From Paramoeba atlantica (Eukaryota > Protista > Discosea): a DNA stretch of 64,000 nucleotides. Below, one piece after another: positions 1-12,319 of this stretch. The translations under genes were made by a program, and so were the position numbers. The stretch spans positions 496,001 through 560,000 of the forward strand of contig CDRNVI010000054.1 of the NCBI GenBank assembly GCA_977017575.1. The letters are read 5' to 3'. Numbering within the stretch: the stretch's first letter is position 1; each line of letters begins with the position of its first letter. The notes below the pieces were generated by a model that saw only the letters and a program-made list of their open reading frames with translations, had not been told where the DNA came from and did no database searches.

Positions 1-2
1 AG

Positions 3-840
3 TCATAAGAGAAGCGTGCTAGGGGACGAACAAGTGTCGGTCGAAATGTAAAGGAGAAAATGGCTGACGTGCTTTCGGCAAGAATTCCCACCACCGGGTT
101 CTCGGTGCAAACAACGTCGCATCTGATCATTACCCCGGAGGTCAACCATGAACTGGTTCCCATGATCGGGACATTCGGGAAGGACCAAGAGACCGTGTGC
201 CTTCATAGATTTCTCCGCATCTTTACGATATGGAATAGCGGCAATGCTTCGACAAAGTCTCACGGAGGCGTACCCCGGACACCCTCTACAAACAGGTCAA
301 AGCTCAAGATTTCGCCACGTACGGCGAATCACATGTACAACGAATCACATGACGCTCATAATCATCCAGCTGTTGAGCTGCGTATTCGAAGGCCCCATGA
401 AACCGCGCAATGAACCTTTCCAACCATTGATAAGACGAATTTTCGTCCTCGTAAGAAAAGCCTTGACACAGACAAAAAAATGTACTCGACCTCGCCGTGG
501 GAGGTACCTTACTAGGGGTTTGCCTAAAAAGGACCAAATCTTTCTTACTGGAGGGCTGCCTTACTGGGGGGTATACGATAGTCTTCGAATTCACCACAAG
601 AGCCGTTAAAAAGAGGCGAACCATTATCCAACCCTCGTTTCGTACCTTGTCATCAGGGGGCGTCAGAAAAAAAGGATCCATTCTCACGACGTGTTGTCCA
701 CTTGATAAACCGTGGATTCAACCATTGCGCTGCATTGAAAAAATTCCAGACATGCTCGCGGCGGGGGCGTGCTCGGTGACCTCGGTTATGGTTCTTCTGA
801 AGTGATGGGCTCCGTTTGTAAGTATCCTTCGAGTTCATTC
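3..840 (-). pseudogene. Possible degraded pogo/DDE_1-type transposase relic
   Basis: Short ORFs with weak DDE_1-like motifs (RNEGWIMVRLFL; LLVLPECPDHGNQFMVD), interrupted by a MITE end at 490-578. Similarity judged by eye only. Confidence 0.25.
490..578. mobile_element. Right end of the CCGTATACCCCCCAGTAAG-TIR MITE family
   Basis: CTTACTGGGGGGTATACGA followed by TA, with internal CTTACTGG repeats; related to 33849 and 46881-47192. Confidence 0.6.
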
Positions 841-1067
841 AATGCACTCGAAAAGCGAGTCACTGTTGGAAAGGCTAGTACATCGTAAGAATGAGAACGT
901 CACAAATAGGTCCTCATTGCCTAAGGAAGCGATGCCGCTAAACCCATTGGGAATGAAATCATTCCATGTTTATGAAATTTATGAAAAGTTTTTTACAAAA
1001 AAAATGAACCTGCACCGTATACTGCCGGTGACCCTATATTTTAATCCACACAATTATCTTTACCTAC

Positions 1068-1727
1068 ATGACTTCTTTGCAAATTTTTAGCGCGTCCGAT
1101 GTCCCTGTGCGACTCGGAAGAGTCAGCGCTGCTTCTCTCCCTGAAGAGCAGCTACTGGATCGATTTCTTCAAAACATTACCTCAAAATCATACAAGTGGA
1201 TTTCGGATGTCCCGGTATGTGAGTGGCCTAGTGTAACATGTTGGGAAAACGGAAAAGTCGCTCAGCTCTCCCTCGCATGGAAAACACTGCGCGGCACGCC
1301 ACAATGGGAATATCTCCCCGCTACAATGGAGCAGCTATATCTGCACGAAAATGAGCTCTTTGGGCATATTCCACTCGCATATCTGCCTCGAACGCTCCGC
1401 ATGGCATATTTATCGCACAACCGGTTTTCCGGGGAACTGAACTTAGAAGATTTACCGCGTGATATGCGGAAAGTCCGAGCCTCGACCAACTGGCTTAGTG
1501 GAACACTAGACTTCAGCTACCTTCCACGGTCAATGGTACACTTCGTGATTGCAGAAAACAATTTTACCGAAATTCTGCATTTCGAAGATCTCCCCCGCAG
1601 TCTTGAGTTACTCTACCTACAAGAGAACAACGACCTTCAAGGCTTTTATCGGAAAAATGATCTACCGCCGGGTCTCCTTTCAGAATGTTCTTTTCAATTT
1701 GGTGGAACTGCTATACAGTTATATTGA
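1068..1727 (+). CDS. LRR protein (CxW cap + plant-type LRRs)
   Basis: ATG ORF of 219 aa; RLGRV leader, PVCEWPSVTC cap, repeated LxxLxLxxNxF/LxGxL motifs. Confidence 0.85.
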   Translation: MTSLQIFSASDVPVRLGRVSAASLPEEQLLDRFLQNITSKSYKWISDVPVCEWPSVTCWENGKVAQLSLAWKTLRGTPQWEYLPATMEQLYLHENELFGHIPLAYLPRTLRMAYLSHNRFSGELNLEDLPRDMRKVRASTNWLSGTLDFSYLPRSMVHFVIAENNFTEILHFEDLPRSLELLYLQENNDLQGFYRKNDLPPGLLSECSFQFGGTAIQLY

Positions 1728-2756
1728 CGAGTGAGTTGTGTTTCTTTCATTATTCTTTTTTTAATATGGTAGGGTTGTTCATTACCGGGAAACACAATCG
1801 TTTTTGTCTTTTTTCTCATCGATTTACTTATTTTCGATTCATATCCATCTACTATTCACAAACACTTCTTTATACGTTAGTTATAAAATTTACTACTCAG
1901 AAACACATCCTGAATACGTTGGTTCAGGAAAAGTACAAGGAAAAGTACAAAAGGTGCACTTTTTTTCTATTTTTTTCTTTTATAAACTCTCTATGCGCAC
2001 ACTCTATGAGCACACTTCGAAGTCTCGGATCAGGTACGCTGTGCCTGGTTCGCGAAGCTCATTGATCATGATCGAACACAGATCAGACTTCTCCCGATTA
2101 ATACGTGAGACGGTGCAAAAAGCGTCTTGTGTCCACAGAAGTAATTCATTTCGGTAGGGGAAGGAGGTGCAAGTGGGTTCCATACCCACCGCTCTAGATC
2201 ATTACTGTGACGCCTTGCTCGAGAAGAAAAATTTGTTGACAGAGGATAGACTGAATCTTCAATATTGTCCGAATAATCATCTTCACTTTCTGGACAGTAA
2301 TCACTCAAGTCGTCTGAGAAAACCTCGCTCATTCCAAAGGAACTTGTAATAAGAAGGAAAAAGAAGTCAACAAGGTACATAAAATGTATCCTTATCGATT
2401 TTTTATCTTTCTTTTCTTTTTACTTCAATATTATCCTGCTTACTATTGACCCTTCACCCACCTCCTTAACCTTTTCTGCTTTCCGACGTTTTAGCCATCC
2501 TCCCTGTGATGCCTCACGGAGGGTGAAATTAACTTGTGGGGGGGGGGGGGGCAAGATCACGACCCATCTATCCGCACGTGCTTCGGACCGGATCTTTCGA
2601 CCTCTCCTCGGCTTGCCTTGTTACCCATCTCTTGTTGTACGAGAAGGCGCAGGATCGGGCCCGTGCCGACAGCGGCACATGTGCTTTCCCATTGAATTCG
2701 ACAAACAGGGTTGGCAGCTGTGGGGAACACAAAAATAAATCGGTTTCTACCTTTTT

Positions 2757-3641
2757 TTACACGGCCGGGAGGTGGTCTCTGACTTGTTCGAGGGCCAGTA
2801 GCCCTGCGAGCTTCAGTTGGACCTCCCCCATGGCAATAGGCCTGTAGGAGGAGTGGTGTCCCACCGGGGCCCCAGGCTTGTTGAAAAGCTTGAGGTTTGC
2901 TCCCGTGAGAAAATCCCTCATCGTGGGGGGGAGGGAGTTGGTTAGGATCCCTTGTATGATCCAATTGATCACGTCCCTCGGGTGTCCTCCTGCAGGATGG
3001 GACCTGGAGTTCCTTGGTCCATCCGGACGGGCCTGGCGCTCTAAGCGGCGCCAGGCTTGTGGCCTTCCGGTCAACATCTGGCGCCGACGGGAGTTCTATG
3101 GGTGTTCTTGTCATAGACCAGGAGAGAATCTCGGGCCTCGATGCCTCCGCCGTCCATCCGGGTAACTGGCGAAGGGTTTCGAGGAGAGGTTAGCTGGGGA
3201 GAAAGGAGCAAAAGAAACGGTTGACGATTTCCTCAGAATAGGAGCAGGGGCTTTCGCATGAGGAGTGCTAGCTTTCTTCCGGGAGCGGCTCAGAGAGGAG
3301 AGAGAGCGGGGGTCTACGGGTCACCGACCGGTGCCGAGAGGACCTGGCTGAAAAAGCAGAGAGAGGGGAGGGATCCGGGGAGTTTGAGTCTTCGCACGCG
3401 CACAAAGATCTTTTCTGTGCTGAGCACGTAGGGACATACACTCGTCATACAAGCATATATTGCGTTTGGCGGGCACAAAAAGGAGGCCACAAAAGTCACA
3501 AGCGCGGGACTTGATTGGGGTCTTAGCGCGGACTCCTGGGTCCGGCCTCCCCTTCTTCAGCGCCTCGATAGACAGCTGGTGTAGCCCCACAGCCTCGTCG
3601 GAGAATCTGGAAATCTCCACAGAGGATTTACGAGACACCAA
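2757..3641 (-). mobile_element. CRE-like non-LTR retrotransposon fragment (N-terminus and start of RT), frameshifted
   Basis: Motifs APGPSGWTKEL and YRPIAMGEVQLKLAG resemble the CRE-clade RT N-terminal region; Cys-containing ORF at 3321-3641. Confidence 0.65.
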
Positions 3642-4619
3642 GTATAAGTGGTGTAAGTAAGAACCGCAGAAAAACTTAGATCCGACGAATATTACAAAGG
3701 GTGCTGTGGACGAATTTCAACAGAGAATTAGTGGAAGCAAAATCTTCAATTGTTGTTCTTTTCAAAAAAAACTATTCCTTTATTCGTTTTTCAGAGCTAT
3801 CTGAAGTAGGTGACCATAAAATACAAAGATCGTACAAAAAAATCCCCAAACTTAAAAAAGAGTGTTCACTTTGGCACTTTCTTGAAAAACTTTAATTTCC
3901 GTGCTTACGCTTCTGGGGGTTGCCTTTTTCGCTTGATTCCTTTATAGGATACGCTTGCCGCAGGCTTCGTAGTAGCTTTGTTATTTGGCTAAACCGGGAA
4001 TCACCCGACTGGAAAGGGGGCGGCTAGGCTAGTAAAACAGCCTATGCGGGGTCGTCGTATGCGACCGTAGCATAGGTAGAAATTTACCTCTGCAGATCTA
4101 AATATGATTCTGTATTGAATAAACACATCGCTTCATCTGCGGTGTTGAAGCCAACGTGCGCGTACATCTGTATGCCCCTTTTTCTGAACAACCGTGATGC
4201 AGTCAATTGGACCACATGAACAGTAATAATAATAAAAGTAAAAATATTAATAATAGAAGCTTATTCAATAGTAAACTGAGCTTTTGCTTCTTGGTCAGCA
4301 GCTGAAACATTAGGGAGGAGCTTGCTGACTGGTGCAGTTTTCGGCGCACAATGTGCTACATGCACAGTGCCGCGGAAAACGTTTCCTTGCTTCGAATATT
4401 GTTTTGCACGGAACACAAGATATAACGCCGTCGACAAACAAATGAACGGTAACTCCTCGTAAGTGGTTTATTGCTTTACGGCGACGTCCGTATCAGAGTC
4501 ACCGGCTCGGATACCCGTTGCGAAGTCAAAATTTACAACCGGGCACACTTTTATGTCGTTTCTCGTGTCGGGCCGCTGGACGCCCGACTTGGCAAAGAAA
4601 GCAGCACCCGTCAATTTCT

Positions 4620-7600
4620 TTTGATATATTGCATCATACATATATATTGTATATTATATATTGTACAGGCTATTATATATTGTACAGGTAATCCTGCAGA
4701 GGAAATCCTGCAGATTTATGTGGTGAAAACGCGCACAAAACGCCTTTTAGTCACCTGTTTCTATCCAGCGTCACCAAGAACGTTCTCCTCCATCCAATTT
4801 TTGTCATTGCGGTTTTGATATACTATGAAGCTCCCTCTCAGAGCCTTCACGGTCATATTGCGCAGGCACTCAGCCACCAGCTCATCGTTACCCATAAATA
4901 GAGAGTTCAGAGTTCGACCAGCACTGCTTATTTTTCCTCTCGCTCCGACTTTGAAAACGAGTAGGAAAGTGCTCGGGTTTGTGAGCTTGCGGGAATGGTA
5001 GAGATTTGTGTACTTGGCAGTTTTTCTTTCGTGTGCGTAGACAAAAGTTTCCTCCCAGGGGCACGTCAATTCTATAATATACTCCTCCCCGTTGGACAGT
5101 TTCACCCACCCATCCGGTCGCAGCTCGGTGTCGAGTTCCGTGAGCCACGGAGGGGTAGAGCGAAAGTGAGGGAGGTCAAAGTGATATAGACTGGTCCCTT
5201 GGAATTTCTGCACAGAGTTTGCGAGGGCTTGTAGCACCATGTTATGTCGCAGAGTATATCGTCCTTGCTCGAGTGCTTTTCTACACCCGGAGAGTATATG
5301 TCGCGCGGTTTGCGTTTCAGTATCGCAAATGGGACACTTGTCGCTTGTGTGTGTCGATACGCCCCATTTGCGGAGAGACACTCTAGTGGGGAGTGGCGTT
5401 TCTGTTAGTACGGAAGCCGTAAATCGTGATAGCGATTCGCTTTTGAGATTACATAGGGCGGCAGCGAAGTCCCTCGCGAGGTCTGCTTCCGTCGCTACGC
5501 GGAACCATCTTCCCGCAACTGAAGTGCGTCTTTGCACGGCTTCCGAAAGATGCCTCTCATATTCACTGTCGAGAAGTCGTCGCACGTTATTGTGAGTTGA
5601 ACCGAGTATGCCAGTCGGCGGACGAATGTACCCCGCTTTTCTCTTGTTTTCTTCCTGATGCGTTCTCGCAGGGCGTGCTGGACATCGGGATCGCGTGATT
5701 TCTCCATTTGTTCCACGGCGCTCGCGGTTGAAAGAAGCCATAGTTTGGATAAGCTCACGAGGTTCCAACCATGCTCGGAGTACAACAGTTCGCTTGTCGC
5801 GGATTTTGCTACATTTAACCATTTTCTGATTTCATTTGTAGCGCATCGCTGGAGGCGCAGAACGTGGTTAAAAGTCAGACATGAATTGCCAACAAAAGAG
5901 TAGCGAAGGCGGGAGATAATACCATTATTGGATATCCAGAGTCGGGCGGGTAGGTCGTGGGCGCTGGAAGATATGTTGCGTAACCAAGTACGGAGTCGAT
6001 TGCGTAGCTTTAGGAACAGAATTTTACCATGCTGGGCACCAGGTGCGAGAGTCATACCCAGGAATGTGCTACCATTATCGCATATTTGAGGAATAGGTGT
6101 TGCGTCAATCATTATCTGCGGGCGTCTTGTCATGTAGCCTGAGGCTTGAGTCATTGCCATGTGTTAAATCCGACATTTCTTTGCGTTCAATTTCATTCCG
6201 ATGTCGCCTAGAACTTTGACCAGTACGTTCGTGGCAATTTGCATTTCCTTTGGTGTGTTCGTGAGTATACTGAGGTCGTCAGCAAAGGCCTTCAGAAAAG
6301 TTCCTTTCCATCCCAAGTGATTCCGTACTGTGGGCAACTTGAACGGATGAAGCGAAGAACCAATTCCATTGCCAAGTTGAATAAGATCGGCGACAGTGTA
6401 TCTCCTTGTAATACTCCACGGTCGGTCTCGATCGACTTCGTAAGGCCTTCAGCACACTTGATTTGACTAGATGCTCCTTTGTACAGCTCGCTGATATAGT
6501 TAATTAGAATTGGGGAGACACGGGCCCATTTTAGGGATTGTAACAGTACTGCGTGGGGGATAGATTCGAAAGCGTTCTTGATATCGAACTGTGCCAGTAA
6601 GTATTGCCGTTTGTGACGTCGTTGGTGTTCAAGGAGCTCGCATAAGACTTGTGTATGCTCGACGGTCCCATTCATGTGTGGTAGAAATCCTTTTTGTACT
6701 GATGTATCGAGCGCATGAGAATCCAAGGAATGTTGAAGGATTCGGTGGCTCAGGATTGAATGGAAAAGTTTCCCTATGCAACTAGTTAAGCTTATCGGTC
6801 GCCAATTCTCCATAGTTGATGTAGGACCTCCTTTGTGTATGAGGCGAGTTACGGCAGATTTCCAAGTGGGGGGGCAAATCCCGAATTTAAGGATATCATT
6901 GAATACTTGAGCGATGTAGACAAAGATAGGGCTACAACGCTTGAGCAGAGCGTTGGATACAGTGTCTGATCCAGGAGCAGCGCCCGAGCGCTTGGAAGAT
7001 ACAGCAGATGCTATCATTTCGGCGTCAATGTCCGACCATGGCATGTCGATGTCAGGCCGTGGTCCCAAGAACTCGGCGGGGGGTATGCTGTGATTCTCTT
7101 CAGGTTTTGACAATGATGCCGCGAAGTTCTCAACGTCTTGAAGAGGTACTGTAAGTTAAGACGTCTCGGGTTCCTGGATTGAGTCAGTGCGATCTAGGCA
7201 TTCGCCCGCAGCTGTCCACGGGTTTCTCTGGAACCGAGTTAATGCCCATCGTCGATCGATTTCCCTCTTTGTAGATTAGCTTCCTCCACGTACAACTTCA
7301 ACGCTTTCTCTGCTTCCTTAATTTCTCCTCGCTGCTTGTTTCTCGCGGCCCCTTCATGAAGGTAAGTGCACGTTTGAGTTGGCGAACATGTGTGCGAAGC
7401 CTCTTCGTGGTACGTTCGATGGCCAAGGGCCGTGAGTTCCTTCTGGCTCTGCCAGCTCTGGTTCGCAGGAGAAAGCCGTGTGTCGGGTCGCTCTCCCGTG
7501 CGGCTTCAAAGACGGTTACGGCGAGGATCGCGGATAATGTTTTAGCTTGAGTCAGGGCATCCTCATCGTTTCGCGCTGGGTGCACGTACAAATTGCAACG

Positions 7601-9090
7601 TTCCTCAATTTTCGCAATAATATTGCCCCACTGTTCCTCTGTAAAACGTACCAGAACTCGTCCTCCCGTTATTGTGTCAAATGTTTCGAGAAGATTCTGC
7701 AGGTCAGGAATGGGATGAATGGTTGGGGCTGGGGCGTGCTGGGCTCGAGGGATTCTCTGCAGTATCGTGCGTCTGCGATTTACTTCTGGTGGGGGAGGTA
7801 AAGGTAAAGGCAAAGGCGCGGGTTCTGCTACGGATTCCATACGTGGTACAGAAGGTGAGGAATCCGGTTGCGTCTCGTGGGCTGGTGGGAAATGTCGTAG
7901 AGGGCTGGACAGTGGACTCGTGCGGGGCAGGGAGTTGGTGCGAACTGGTAGGCGGGGTGCCACGACTGGGGCGGGCGGTTCCGAAGCTTGTGAAGAAGCT
8001 GCAGCGCGTTCGGCATCACCAAGCGCAGGGAATAGAATATTTTTTCTCCGTCCAGCTTATGGCAGAGTATGCGATTTCGCCAGCTTTGAGGAGAACTCCA
8101 ACATGAATGCTTACATTTGGTTTTGTCTTTACATTTATGTGCGCAATTACGGCGAGGGACTGATTCAGGTGGGATATTGCCATCTCTACTAACATGAGGT
8201 TCCGGGGAAGTGCGTGTAGGAGAGAGTTCGTGGTTTACAGCCTGCGTACCGCTCAAGTTTCCTGTCTCGGATGGCCAGCTAGGGTGATTCTGTGGTGATA
8301 TTATGCTAGCATCAGCAGGAAATGTCCTCGTAAACAAATTCCTGAGTGATCATGTTCGATTCTGACTGTTTTCTTCGATGATCATGACCCCTGTCTTGCA
8401 ACATTGGTGTTTGCACTGAGTTTTATTGCTGCATATGTGCCGACACGGGCGATAGTTGGCCGTGTTTGCTGATATTACGGCGGACGACGGCGGATTACCG
8501 GTTGGCAGTTCCTCATACTGGGCCTCTTCGCTCGGTATGGCATCTGTCGAGACTTGCGGATCGGTTTCTATCGATGTGGCTACTGTCGGACTATGTGACC
8601 GTGTTAGTGGTGACTCCCCGAGGTGCCGTTCTGGTCGAGGATTATTTGTAGCACCCGTGATGAGGACTCCTATTTTGCAGCACTGGTGCAAACAATTTGT
8701 CTTGTCGCGGCACGTATGCTTACAGGGCCTTCTGCCGGGAGCTTGTAAACTGTCTATAGCCACGACTTCCGAAGAGGGAAGAGGGACGCTAGGATGCACA
8801 GACCTTTCGGTTTCACTTTGCAACATACGTGAAGGCACACTTTGCACATGTACTTCTTCCTTACTCATCGTACACCTCCTCATACACCTCATAAACCTCC
8901 AGTGTATGAGAGGTTTCGTGAGTCCACCCCGTGAAAAGAGGCGTTTCGTCTTCGCTAGAGTCCCTGTCGTCGGTGCGGTACCCGGATAGCATGATATATC
9001 GTCATCTGGATCCCAGTCCGGATCATCACCCTCTGAGCCCGTGGTAATGTCTACAGTATCAAACTTTTCGTGTTCTCTAAAAGTTTGTTA
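4620..9090 (-). mobile_element. HERO-type RT+RLE non-LTR retrotransposon, family A, disrupted copy
   Basis: ORF pieces 8350-8892, 7828-8337, 7298-7963, 6292-7113 (RT: WRPISL, QFDIKNAF, GVLQGDTLSP), 5495-6160 and 4761-5822 (CPIC..H..C, RPDG..IIELTCPWEE). Collinear with 38064-42749. AT-rich tail near 4640-4690. Confidence 0.92.
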
Positions 9091-10140
9091 CAGGGATTCG
9101 GAACGGAATGGGGAGTGATAAAATCATGGAGTGTTTCTTGATCTCTGCGAGAAACTAACTTCCAATGGGTGCAGCCCATTTCACGTCCGATTATCTCAGT
9201 GATACTGACAAACCACTAACCAGTATGGCGTTGCCGCCTTCCGCGGTGATAATTCCTTTTCCCGATGAAGATTTCGTCAACCTGCATCCGACCAAATTCA
9301 TATGTTCTTCTTGGTGCAGAGCAGCGTTCCCGATATCATGAATAAACTTTGACACGATTTTATGGTGCAATCTGGCAATCTGTCCGACACACATATTATT
9401 CGCGATATCCCCAAAGAGTAACAAAAGCTGGCCTGGTTGCAAAGTTGTCCTCGTGTTAACGAACGGCAGAAACTTGCTCACCTTCTCTCTGCACGGATTA
9501 CGCTCCCCATCCGCGTGAAACATGCAGATAGAGATTCCTGGTTTTCCGGGATATCCTTCATCTCCGCATCCCTATGTCGAGGACATACAGGATTCCGAAA
9601 CAGAGAGTGATTCTTCCTCCATGTCACAGCTTCTTCCCCACGGGGGACGTCATCCATACTGCGCCATGTACGTGCACCATAGAAATGCGCACCCCCCCTC
9701 AGATTATACGCATTGGCAAGTTTCGCAAATTTCCGTCTTCGGGAATTTGAATCATGCGCCAGTCAGTTTCAAGCGTGTTGTGCCACTGGGTCTCAAAAGC
9801 ACCCACAAATTTCTTTTCAAATCCATTGAGGACATTCCATAGTTGTAATGCTGAAGGTACGTTCAAATTTTTATGATGCCGTGTAGACACTCCGCATGAT
9901 TAGTGTCGTACCCATGCAGCTCTACAAACTCTTTGCTGTGATTTACCGCGTGGTAGCGGCAAAATTCCTCAATGCCGGAATATCCACGCCAACAGTCTGT
10001 TACACCAACAGACCATAGAGTGTTTCTTGATCTCTGCGAGAAATCAACTTCCAATGGGTGCGGCCCATTTCACATCCGATTATCTCAGTGATAGTGAAAA
10101 CCACCAATCATTATGGAAGGTCTTGCCGCCTTCCGAATTG
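9090..10140 (-). mobile_element. Two tandem partial Merlin (IS1595-like) transposase copies
   Basis: Minus-strand translation gives QVDEIFIGKRNYHRGRR..W..ITE..VSRRDQETL (about 9300-9130, repeated about 10135-10020) and TDCWRGY..HAVNHSKEFV..GYDTNHAE (9863-10054). Explains the diverged direct repeat at 9129/10019. Confidence 0.85.
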
Positions 10141-10521
10141 AAGACCCAATCCTCCCGTCACAAGGGGGTTAAGGAGACGTTCCGGAACCTATTGATTCAG
10201 TATGGGTTCACCCCGGATCTGGTCGAATCTAGGTTTGACAACGGACGGGGACCGGACATCTATTTCCTCCCGGGGAAGAGGCTCGTTCTAGTGGACGTGA
10301 CGGTGGTGAACCCACTGGCACATTCTTATGTGGACAAGGAGGCAGCGGAGCCCTCCTTCACCGTGATGCAGGCGGAACGCCTAAAACGGCGTACTCACGA
10401 AGAGATGGCGGGGGCCAGGGGGATCGGTTTCTTCCCTTTGGCCTTCACCACCTATGGTGTCCCCGGCCCCGAGACCCTCCAGTTTCTAAATCTGGTAGCT
10501 CGAAAGGGCAATATCAGGTGA
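10135..10521 (+). mobile_element. CRE-like RLE endonuclease 3' fragment
   Basis: [32 protein letters not shown]; homologous to 43525-44499. Confidence 0.75.
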
Positions 10522-10600
10522 CACGTATCTCTGCGAGAGCTCTCAAATGCGGTGCTAATTTTCAAAAATGGACAATTTATACGATTTTTAACCCCCCCAT
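10521..10600. repeat. Tc1-like terminal/subterminal repeat (GAGAGCTC family)
   Basis: Similar to 23195-23289, 45405-45503 (inverted) and 50297-50386. Confidence 0.6.
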
Positions 10601-10606
10601 ATTTTC

Positions 10607-11034
<428 letters not shown>

Positions 11035-11091
11035 ATCTCTTCCTCCCCTCTCTATTCCCTTCCACACCCCCATCCCCCTCCCCTGTCCCCC

Positions 11092-11562
11092 ATGTTCCTC
11101 TTCTCCTCCGACGACCCCTCCTCCTCCTCGGAACCCACCGAGGACAACTCCGTCTGGTTCCCCGCCCTCTCCCTCACCCACCGCGCCTACGGCTTCTTCC
11201 TCTGCCTCGGCGCCGGCCTGCTGCTCTCCATCTTCAGCTGGGTCGCCGTCTTCAAGCGCGAGTGGGCGCTCTACGGGTTCCTGGTGACGCTAAGCAACGT
11301 GCTCTCGCTGGTCTCCTCGGGGTTCCTGGCGGGTCCCCGGGCCCAGGCCCGCCGCATGTTCCACCGGAAGCGGGTCGTGGCCACCGCGGTGTACTTCGCC
11401 GCGATGGGGCTCACGCTGGTGACCGCGCTGGTGCTGCACAGCGGCACGCTGACCGTGCTGGCCTGCGTGCTGCAGTACGTCGCGATGGTGTGGTACGGGC
11501 TGTCGTACATCCCGTATGGGAGGACGGCGGTGGTGGCGGTGGTGAGGGGGGTGGGGAGATGA
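11092..11562 (+). CDS. SFT2: SFT2/Got1-family vesicle transport protein (4 TM)
   Basis: 156 aa from ATG 11092; [31 protein letters not shown] and [11 protein letters not shown] match the SFT2 family pattern. Confidence 0.9.
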   Translation: MFLFSSDDPSSSSEPTEDNSVWFPALSLTHRAYGFFLCLGAGLLLSIFSWVAVFKREWALYGFLVTLSNVLSLVSSGFLAGPRAQARRMFHRKRVVATAVYFAAMGLTLVTALVLHSGTLTVLACVLQYVAMVWYGLSYIPYGRTAVVAVVRGVGR

Positions 11563-11570
11563 GGGGGGGG

Positions 11571-11900
11571 AGGGGGGGGAGGGGGTAAAAATAAAGGAAA
11601 AGGGGAAGTAGGGTGAAAAAAGGGGGGTTGTGAAAAGGTGGGGAGAGGGGGAAGGGGAGAGGGGGAGAAAATAAAGGAGAAAGGAAAGTAGGGTGAAAAA
11701 AAAAGGGGGGGGTGAAGGGAGGGGGGGTGTGAAGGAAAGGGGAGGTTGTGTGGAGGAGGGGAGAGGGGGGGAGGGGGTAAAAATAAAGGAAAGGGGGAAG
11801 TAGGGTGAAAAAAGGGGGGTTGTGAAAAGGGGTGGGTAGTGGAAAGGGGAATGAAGGTGTTAGATAGCGCCCTTTTAGGGGGTGCGTTTAGGGGGTGTAT
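11571..11900. repeat. G/A-rich low-complexity tract with a ~60-bp duplication
   Basis: GGGGGTAAAAATAAAGGAAA..GGGGAAGTAGGGTGAAAAAAGGGGGGTTGTGAAAAGG occurs near 11581 and 11771; many G-runs. Confidence 0.85.
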
Positions 11901-12319
11901 GGTTGGGTAGGATTTCAATGTGTTTTTTCACGCATTCAATGGATACACGAGTATAGATATACACGAGTATTTGATACACTAGTACTCTAGTATTATTGCT
12001 TTTTGAATATGTTGGTGTTTATAGATTTGGGTAGAATGATGTGTGTTAGAATGTAGTGTAAAATTAGCAAAATACTTACTAAATCGGACGCACCGCGATC
12101 GTGTGACACTTTGATTTTTTGTATCCGTGATATAGAATTGACACTACACTCGGTTTTCATTTGGCAATGAACGATTTTAGAAAAGCTGATGAGTACAGAA
12201 CTTTTATCTTTAGACGCGACACAGAACACGAGCAAAAGATTGGGAAGAAGAGGTTCGTTCATTCACTTTTATTCCTTTGAATCGAAAGGGTACCGGACAC
12301 TTAAAGGCATTTGAACGCA

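Noticed and set aside
2066-2380. Acidic ORF as a piggyBac N-terminus
   Set aside because: No catalytic motifs or TTAA-flanked TIRs found.
11271-11918. Pro/Phe-rich minus-strand ORF
   Set aside because: Antisense read-through of a G-rich low-complexity tract and SFT2.
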